From: an uncultured Gammaproteobacteria bacterium
GTDB taxonomy: Bacteria; Patescibacteriota; Patescibacteriia; Magasanikbacterales; GWA2-37-8
Direction: 5' to 3'
Length of the DNA: 64,000 nucleotides
NCBI GenBank assembly: GCA_964641245.1
Contig: CAZXML010000001.1
Span: 127,959-191,958 of the forward strand
In this document: positions 58,325 through 64,000 of the stretch, in pieces
How the letters are laid out: each line of letters starts with the position of its first letter
Position numbering within the stretch: position 1 is the stretch's first letter
Position numbers and translations under genes: made by a program
Notes under the pieces: generated by a model
What the model was told of the DNA's origin: nothing
Seen by the model: only the letters and a program-made list of their open reading frames with translations
The model's database searches: none

Positions 58325-58347
58325 AAATTTAACAAAGGAGGTGGCGC

Positions 58348-58572
58348 ATGTGGCACAAAAGGGGATCTGCCTTAGAGAAGCGAATCAAGGCGCTAATGCC
58401 AAAAAAGGGATCATTCGCGTACGTTCTACTCAAAATCGGACAGGCTGCGGGCGTCCTCGTTCTTATCAAGATCGATGAGATTTGGTGTAATGTCATTCCG
58501 CCAGATCGCCGCCCAAACGAATCGGATAATCAAAACCAAGGAAGGAGGGTAAAATGTCAAAAAAGCCTTTGA
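58348..58572 (+). CDS. hypothetical small protein (74 aa), GC-enriched
   Basis: Strong SD lies 5 nt upstream of the ATG. Overlaps the next gene by 19 nt. Confidence 0.4.
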   Translation: MWHKRGSALEKRIKALMPKKGSFAYVLLKIGQAAGVLVLIKIDEIWCNVIPPDRRPNESDNQNQGRRVKCQKSL

Positions 58573-58898
58573 CTCAAATCTTGCCCCCGCCTTCAATCTG
58601 TGTTGAATGCCGCGGGCGATTGCCTTTTGCGTACTACATTTGCAAAAGCTGCGGGAAAGCGCTCTGCGCCAAGTGCCGAGAAATCCATGTAAAAAATAAA
58701 CACGGCACGCAATACCCAACTTTAACCGCAATGGGCTGTATCATATGCGGAGGACCGCTGGATGGGGGGACTTGTTCATACCAATCCCCTCCCTGCATGG
58801 CTCCGCTATGTCAGAACTGGGAGTGTCGTGAAAAGCACGAAGATAGACACTACGGTTCGCGAAGTGATGAAGAAAAAAATAAAAATCCGTCAAAATGA
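58554..58898 (+). CDS. hypothetical Cys-rich small protein (114 aa, about 14 Cys in CxxC pairs), zinc-ribbon-like
   Basis: 'CVECRG', 'CKSCGKALCAKC', 'CIICGG' and further Cys residues. Strong SD 'ggaaggaggg'. Confidence 0.45.
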   Translation: MSKKPLTQILPPPSICVECRGRLPFAYYICKSCGKALCAKCREIHVKNKHGTQYPTLTAMGCIICGGPLDGGTCSYQSPPCMAPLCQNWECREKHEDRHYGSRSDEEKNKNPSK

Positions 58899-58941
58899 CT
58901 TCGTCCGGGGACATCTAAAAAAACATAGCTCTGTCCCCTTT

Positions 58942-60072
58942 TTATTTTGCTAAAAACTGTTTTATCTTCTCCGCATTTCGCAGCTGTCCGCAAGCGGCGG
59001 CGATGTCTTGGCCTTGAGAGTAGCGGATGGTAGAAACAAAACCGGCTTTCATTAATTCCTCGTGCCAGTGTTTAATTACGGTTTTGTCCGAACCAATAAA
59101 ACCCGGAGAAAATTCCGGTGTAGAAATACTGTTATAAGGAATCAAATTTATTTTAATTTTTCCTAATTTTCCTGCCAGCGTCATCAGCGCTTTTAAATCT
59201 TTGGGACCGTCGTTTACTCCGCCTAACATAATATATTCCAAACCGATAAAATGAGAACGGCTTGGGTGCATTTGGTGATATTTTTTTGCCCAGCCCACTA
59301 AATAATCCAAAAATCCGGGTTGGTGTGAAGGCATGATAGCGGAGCGGGTTTGTTCTATAGCGCTGTGCAAAGACAGGGCAAAGCGTACAGGCGGAAAATC
59401 TTTGTCTTCCACCAACCTGTCCATGGCCGTGGGAATTCCGCAGGTGGACATGGTAATTTTACTCGGCCCGATGTTTGTATATTTTAAAATAATATTTAAA
59501 GCGGTTTTGCAATTTTCATAGTTCAGCAATGGTTCTCCCTGGCCCATCACCACCATATTATCTATTTCCCCGCCATTTTGTTCCGCTAATGTCTTCTGTG
59601 CCGACTTTCCAGCGGGAAAGTCGAGCATCCTCGATTCCACGGTGAGGCGGAATCGGGACCAAAAACGATACTGGTCCACAATTTCTTCAGCGGTTAAATT
59701 TCTGGAAAATCCGGCTTTACCGGTGGCGCAAAAAGAACATTTCATGCCACAGCCAACTTGAGATGAAATACAAATTGTGTAACGGTCCGGTCCCCCATCG
59801 GTTTTGAGTGACTTTCGACCCATTAAAACCGCCTCAATAAGTTGGCCGTCTTCCAATTTTAATAAAGCCTTTTGAGTGTCATCGGTTTTACTTTTGTGGA
59901 GAACGTGTAATTTTACCGACAGCCAAGGCTTGTCTTTTAACTTCTCCCGTAAATTTGCCGGCAAGGTTGTAATATCAGCGTAGCTATTTAACTTTGCGTC
60001 AAACCAGGCCCGGAACACTTGGTCCTGCCTGAATTTCTTTTCGGTTGCTAAAATTTGGAATAAATCTATCAT
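58942..60072 (-). CDS. rlmN: radical SAM 23S rRNA (adenine2503-C2)-methyltransferase RlmN/Cfr family
   Basis: 'GCGMKCSFCATG' is the CxxxCxxC motif. 'MGQGEPLLN' is also present. Confidence 0.85.
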   Translation of the reverse strand: MIDLFQILATEKKFRQDQVFRAWFDAKLNSYADITTLPANLREKLKDKPWLSVKLHVLHKSKTDDTQKALLKLEDGQLIEAVLMGRKSLKTDGGPDRYTICISSQVGCGMKCSFCATGKAGFSRNLTAEEIVDQYRFWSRFRLTVESRMLDFPAGKSAQKTLAEQNGGEIDNMVVMGQGEPLLNYENCKTALNIILKYTNIGPSKITMSTCGIPTAMDRLVEDKDFPPVRFALSLHSAIEQTRSAIMPSHQPGFLDYLVGWAKKYHQMHPSRSHFIGLEYIMLGGVNDGPKDLKALMTLAGKLGKIKINLIPYNSISTPEFSPGFIGSDKTVIKHWHEELMKAGFVSTIRYSQGQDIAAACGQLRNAEKIKQFLAK

Positions 60073-62285
60073 TTTATCGCATTCAAAATCTTTTCTTTAA
60101 TATCGTTTGGAGTCATTTTGGCGACCTCATAAACCTCGGCTACATTGCCGGATTTTAAATAGTGAGTTATGCCGATGGATTTTTTGGCGTAATTTGGTTG
60201 GAGCATGAACGGATACAGAAACCCGGGCCAGCCGTTGTGGAGGGTGATGACAAGCGGGCGTTCTTCATCCGGCAGAATTAATTGGGCGCTGGCGGGATTG
60301 GAGTGACGGAGTTCTTCAAATAGTTCCGGGGAGGTGACGGAAATGATTTTTATATCAAAACCTTTGGCTTCAAGTTCGGGTATAATTTCTAGGGTGTTTA
60401 ATAGGACTTGCATGCCGCAGATGGCGAGGACGAGCTTCCGACCGTCGGCCAACCCACCCCTACCCCGCCCAAGCGGGGAATTCGAAAATTGTTTGTAGAC
60501 GTAGGCGCCGTTGGTGGCTGAAATCGCCGGTGGGACAATAGCGCGGTTGATTACGGGTTGTTCCGGTCTGTAGACGGACAGAACGATTGGTTCGCCGCGT
60601 TCCAGCGCGTAAAATAACATTTCTATAGTTTCGTTAGCATCGGTAGGTTTGTAAACTTTTATGCCGGGCAAGGCGTTGTAAAGAGACATCCAATACATTC
60701 CCTGATGTGTTGGGCCGTCCTCGCCAGTTTCCGGGCCATCATGCGCGGCTAAGGCAATAAAAAATCCTTTGGTTTCCGGGTTGAGCTGATTGCCGATAAC
60801 AGCCAGGCGAATAGCGTTGGCCATCATATTTGTAAAGACGGCAAAAGTGCCAAAAACAGAAACGGGTTTGTATCCGCCGGGTAAAATATCTTGAGTTAAG
60901 CCGGCGCCCATCATGGCCATATTTTGTTCGGCAATTCCATAACGAATACCGCGCCCTAACGGATTTTTCCGGCTGATGAGACCATAAACTTCTTCGGCGG
61001 TATTTGTGAAAACAGATTTTGATAAATCCCCCGCTCCGGCGTAAAAAAATGCGGTTTGTTTCATGTACCAGGCCATCCACGCTTGCGCGGCTGTGCGGGT
61101 AGAAACTTTTTTTCCTTCGGCAAAAACCAGTTCGGGCGGTAAAACTTTTGGACGTTTTATGGCCAGTGGGTTAACCATCGGCCGGCCATTTAGCGTCTTC
61201 ACCATTTGTTTTACCAATTCCGATTCATGCGGAATTTTTTTAGCTCCAACTTCTAATCTTTCTAAAATATATTTTTCATCATCAGTTGTAATTTCTTTTA
61301 AGACGGTTTGAATATCAGCCATTACTTCCCCCGCTTTTCCAGGAATATCAAATCCCAGTTTTTTCATTATAGACACATACTCGTCATGTTTTACGGGCGA
61401 GCCGTGCGATGCGGCGGTGTTTTCTTTGGAGCCATAGCCTTTTCCTTTTAAGGTATGGCAAATAATTACCGTTGGCGAGCCGTTGGCAAAACCCTGCGCG
61501 GCCAAACGATAAGCGTAAACCATTTCCAAAACATTGTGCCCGTTTGTTTCTATCACATTCCATCCCAGCCCCAGCCAATGATTTATGTACGGCGAAGCCA
61601 CCACTTCCTCAATTTCCGCATCAATGCCAAAATGATTGTAATCCAAACTGACAATCATGTTTTTTAATCCGTTGGTGGCGATAATATTTCGCGCCTCATA
61701 AGTCATCCCTTCTTCGCTTTCCGCGTCGCCCATAAAAACAAAAGTTTTGGTATCCAATCCGCAGGATTGATGAACCATAGCCATTCCACCCGCCGCCGAA
61801 AATCCGTGCCCGGACGGCCCGGTAGTAAAATCGGAATAAGGATATTGAGCTTCCGCGTGACCCTGCGGGCCATCGGCGTGTCTAAAGCGTAATAAATCCT
61901 CCGGAAAAACTGCCTTCACCACCGCCCCGGAAAATTGCCTCCCTGCGCGCCGTAACATTTCATAATATAAAGCCTGCCCGCCAAAAAGCAAAGGAGTGCA
62001 ATGACCGGAACTCCAAACCACTCTGTCTCGGCCAGGATTTTTTGGATTCACCGGATCAAAAGCCATTACCCCACCCAAGGTCATTGCTAAAAATTGTTCT
62101 ACTTTTCCACTGCTGCCCGGATGGCCGGATTGTCCGGCTTCTACGGCGGCGAAAATAAGGCCACGGATAACTTTGGCCAGTTTGTCTAATCTTTGTATAT
62201 CAATTCCGTCTATGGCAGATATTTTTTTGTTTTGAATGTTTATGTATTCGGGAGCTAGAGGGTTTGCTTTTAATTTTTTAAACAT
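60069..62285 (-). CDS. tkt: transketolase (single-chain, 738 aa) with an in-frame repeat insertion
   Basis: N-terminal TPP motif 'SGHPGSS' ... 'GHCTPLLF', and 'GDAESEEG'. The insertion encodes 'NSPLGRGRGGLADG'. Confidence 0.85.
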   Translation of the reverse strand: MFKKLKANPLAPEYINIQNKKISAIDGIDIQRLDKLAKVIRGLIFAAVEAGQSGHPGSSGKVEQFLAMTLGGVMAFDPVNPKNPGRDRVVWSSGHCTPLLFGGQALYYEMLRRAGRQFSGAVVKAVFPEDLLRFRHADGPQGHAEAQYPYSDFTTGPSGHGFSAAGGMAMVHQSCGLDTKTFVFMGDAESEEGMTYEARNIIATNGLKNMIVSLDYNHFGIDAEIEEVVASPYINHWLGLGWNVIETNGHNVLEMVYAYRLAAQGFANGSPTVIICHTLKGKGYGSKENTAASHGSPVKHDEYVSIMKKLGFDIPGKAGEVMADIQTVLKEITTDDEKYILERLEVGAKKIPHESELVKQMVKTLNGRPMVNPLAIKRPKVLPPELVFAEGKKVSTRTAAQAWMAWYMKQTAFFYAGAGDLSKSVFTNTAEEVYGLISRKNPLGRGIRYGIAEQNMAMMGAGLTQDILPGGYKPVSVFGTFAVFTNMMANAIRLAVIGNQLNPETKGFFIALAAHDGPETGEDGPTHQGMYWMSLYNALPGIKVYKPTDANETIEMLFYALERGEPIVLSVYRPEQPVINRAIVPPAISATNGAYVYKQFSNSPLGRGRGGLADGRKLVLAICGMQVLLNTLEIIPELEAKGFDIKIISVTSPELFEELRHSNPASAQLILPDEERPLVITLHNGWPGFLYPFMLQPNYAKKSIGITHYLKSGNVAEVYEVAKMTPNDIKEKILNAIK
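60448..60482. repeat. 35-nt G/C-hairpin repeat, copy 2, in frame inside the transketolase gene
   Basis: Identical to 38450-38484. Confidence 0.75.
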
Positions 62286-62359
62286 AACAATTAAAATACT
62301 TAGTCATTCCTGTCTATTGTACCGATTTTAGAGTTTTACCACAAGGCTTTTACACACCG

Positions 62360-62389
62360 TTGACGAAAGCGACTGTTTAGTAGTACTAT
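62360..62389 (+). promoter_or_regulatory. candidate promoter TTGACG-18-TACTAT, with SD 'gaggagg', for the 62434 gene
   Basis: Read directly from the sequence. Confidence 0.4.
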
Positions 62390-62433
62390 TATTTAGCGTT
62401 GTGTGTTGTTCCCAAACACAGAGGAGGATCGTA

Positions 62434-62742
62434 ATGAAAAACATGACGAGAGAGATCGAGCAGGCTGTGCAACTGGCCTTTCGAGGGTCACGTAAGGTTA
62501 GGGTTACCTTTAGGCAAGATGTGCGCGATCATTTCCGGTTGTTGGAGCTGGAGCGTGACGGATTCATTTCGCTGTCATCCTCCGATAGTGAAGCGCTTAG
62601 CACAGGTGATATCTCTGGCGACTGGAATAACAAGCGTAATCGTACCGCTGTGGTTACCCTAACCAAAAAACTGAGAGCGAGTAAGTACTTGTTCGTGATC
62701 GCGATGGAACACGTCCTCGAAAATATCAAGGTGGTTAAGTAG
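62434..62742 (+). CDS. hypothetical small protein (~102 aa), GC-enriched
   Basis: ATG at 62434 has the SD 'cagaggagg' 7 nt upstream. The ORF track's upstream start at 62401 is less likely. Confidence 0.4.
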   Translation: MKNMTREIEQAVQLAFRGSRKVRVTFRQDVRDHFRLLELERDGFISLSSSDSEALSTGDISGDWNNKRNRTAVVTLTKKLRASKYLFVIAMEHVLENIKVVK

Positions 62743-62760
62743 AACGCTCATTAAGCAAAA

Positions 62761-62795
62761 GAGTCCAAGGACATTGTTCTGGGCTCGTTTTTTTT
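62761..62795 (+). terminator. rho-independent terminator
   Basis: 'gagtccaagga-cattgtt-ctgggctc' followed by g + T8. Confidence 0.55.
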
Positions 62796-62838
62796 ACTTT
62801 GTCTTTTCCACTGGACTAAAACCTTCAAAAGGTGTTTT

Positions 62839-63054
62839 TTATTTCTCAAAATCGCTCCATTGCAATTTGGCCTGGCGTAAAATAGACTTAAATGTTCCAT
62901 ACTGTATCTCTTTGCCGTGAATTGGAACGATAACCGTCAGCGCGGGATTTCCTTCTTTGTGATACTTTGCATGGGAGCCATTTTGGGAAACAAAAAAGAA
63001 GCCCTTACTTTCAAGGACCTTAAGCACGAGCCGTAATAAATAGGGTTTAGGCAT
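62839..63054 (-). CDS. hicA: type II toxin-antitoxin system HicA-family toxin
   Basis: 'NGSHAKYHKEGNPALTVIVPIHGKEIQYGTFKSILRQAKL'. Confidence 0.75.
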   Translation of the reverse strand: MPKPYLLRLVLKVLESKGFFFVSQNGSHAKYHKEGNPALTVIVPIHGKEIQYGTFKSILRQAKLQWSDFEK

Positions 63055-63268
63055 GTTGAAGTGTTATAGAAGCAATAAGGGGGTTTTTAATTTGTTCTTT
63101 TTTTGTCGGAAGCGGAGCGTCTTCAAAATATAATTCCAACGCTTCTTGCAACATATTCAAGGCTTCCTTTCTGGTTTTTCCAAAACTAGAAACATCCACA
63201 TCTAAACATTGAGAAACATAATATTTCCCTTCTTTCCACACTACGGATTTTAAGTCTATTTTACGCAT
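63047..63268 (-). CDS. hicB: HicB-family antitoxin (UPF0150-like)
   Basis: 'EGKYYVSQCLDVDVSSFGKTRKEALNMLQEALELYFED'. Overlaps the hicA start by 8 nt. Confidence 0.65.
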   Translation of the reverse strand: MRKIDLKSVVWKEGKYYVSQCLDVDVSSFGKTRKEALNMLQEALELYFEDAPLPTKKEQIKNPLIASITLQHA

Positions 63269-63305
63269 ACATTTTGCAGTTAACTTACAATTTTATTGTA
63301 CTATG

Positions 63306-63767
63306 TTATTTAATTGTTTGCAATATCGCCTGCTCCAACTTCCCCGGCTCATCCGTCCCAACTCTAAATTTTTTACCATCTTTCATTGTAACTTCCACCG
63401 CGTCAAAACCGGAAACATTAAAAAGCCAGGCCGGCGACCAGATTGTCATTCTTATTCCCCAACCGCAATACCACGGATTTTTTACGGCTTTGGCCGAAAC
63501 TATTTCACGTAGCGGCCAGCTTTTTTTGAATATCCCCCAGCCAAACTTTATGCGCAGATATTTTTCATCAACCGATACTGCCAGCGTGGCAAACGACGCA
63601 AGAATAAACAGAATTAATACCATTATGGCAGTAACGGCAAAATTTGTGCCGGAGTCAACCGAAGGCGGCTCGGCTCGGGCCGTAATTTGAGCCCGTGCGA
63701 AGAGCGCCAGCACGGCCAACGTAGCAACTAGCATTATGTATCCGATTTGAGTATGTTTGTATAACAT
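63306..63767 (-). CDS. hypothetical membrane protein (two TM helices plus a small beta-rich, PH-like C-terminal domain)
   Basis: Hydrophobic N-terminus. -10 'tataat' lies 10 nt upstream of the ATG. Confidence 0.4.
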   Translation of the reverse strand: MLYKHTQIGYIMLVATLAVLALFARAQITARAEPPSVDSGTNFAVTAIMVLILFILASFATLAVSVDEKYLRIKFGWGIFKKSWPLREIVSAKAVKNPWYCGWGIRMTIWSPAWLFNVSGFDAVEVTMKDGKKFRVGTDEPGKLEQAILQTIK

Positions 63768-63830
63768 AGTAATTTCATTATACGTAGTTTGCCGTTATAA
63801 AACAAGGCTTTTTACAGTTGTTACGATACA

Positions 63831-63859
63831 TTGACAGAACGCGCGGTTTGTGATATTTT
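63831..63859 (+). promoter_or_regulatory. candidate promoter TTGACA-17-TATTTT, with a 5'-UTR hairpin GCGATA-gtgt-TATCGC at 63870-63885
   Basis: Perfect -35 hexamer. SD 'aaggagg' lies before the ATG at 63920. Confidence 0.4.
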
Positions 63860-63919
63860 GCTAATTAAGGCGATAGTGTTATCGCGCTATTGGGTGAACC
63901 TTACAACCAAGGAGGACAG

Positions 63920-64000
63920 AATGAACAAGGTCGTCATCAACGGTGTCACTATTATTGGCGGTAGGAGTATCGTCGTCCGCAATGGACGCATCATGGTGGA
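63920..64000 (+). CDS. 5' end of an unidentified CDS, truncated by the window
   Basis: Good SD. Only 27 codons are visible. Confidence 0.35.

Noticed and set aside
1-64000. I looked for CRISPR arrays, tRNA/rRNA genes, a reverse transcriptase or DGR template/variable repeat pair, and transposase or IS elements.
   Set aside because: I found no regularly spaced direct repeats with unique spacers and no cloverleaf-like GC-rich ~75-nt intergenic segments. There is no RT or transposase ORF. The xerC/D-like recombinase sits in a housekeeping context with no flanking att-like repeats.

Overview
The window is AT-rich, gene-dense and almost entirely coding. It looks like a stretch of chromosome from a small-genome anaerobe, possibly Patescibacteria/CPR. 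I base that guess on the gene content: an archaeal-type RibL, an ADP-forming acetyl-CoA synthetase, 2-oxoacid:ferredoxin oxidoreductase, a catalytically degenerate PriA and abundant glycosyltransferases. Lineage assignment is inference only.

The layout from start to end:
- a UvrD-like helicase-nuclease, truncated at the window edge;
- a cell-shape and cell-wall operon, mreB-mreC-mreD-mrdA;
- greA, lysS, ribL, serS and alr, then an FtsQ-like gene and xerC/D;
- a fermentative block on the minus strand: OFOR alpha and beta subunits, ADP-forming acetyl-CoA synthetase and an OYE/FadH-like reductase;
- an M23 peptidase, gltX, a kinase-like hypothetical, a TagA-family glycosyltransferase and clpB, which carries a CIRCE-like operator;
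- a secreted DD-carboxypeptidase fusion protein, a LigB-like protein, priA, def and fmt;
- a surface-glycan and cell-envelope locus (about 37.7-52.2 kb): an O-antigen-ligase-like protein, a YHYH-CAP-peptidoglycan-binding secreted operon, two paralogous GT-C-like membrane proteins (one 1244 aa with tandem CBM-like domains), a GT8, GT2 and GT4, a polyprenyl-phosphate glycosyltransferase and a flippase;
- a PIF1/RecD-like helicase;
- a sulfur and Fe-S cluster: two ferredoxins, NifS, an Rrf2 regulator, a DEDDy exonuclease and ThiI;
- rlmN, tkt, a HicAB toxin-antitoxin pair and several small GC-enriched orphan genes.

I found no rRNA, tRNA or CRISPR array.

The most striking signal is not a gene. 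It is several families of short G/C-stem hairpin repeats, with multi-copy identity of 28-40 nt at distant sites, that sit in intergenic regions and are also inserted in frame inside conserved genes. This looks like a Rickettsia-palindromic-element-like phenomenon and may be undescribed for this lineage. The affected genes are:
- transketolase;
- the TagA-family glycosyltransferase;
- the PIF1-like helicase;
- the O-antigen-ligase-like protein.
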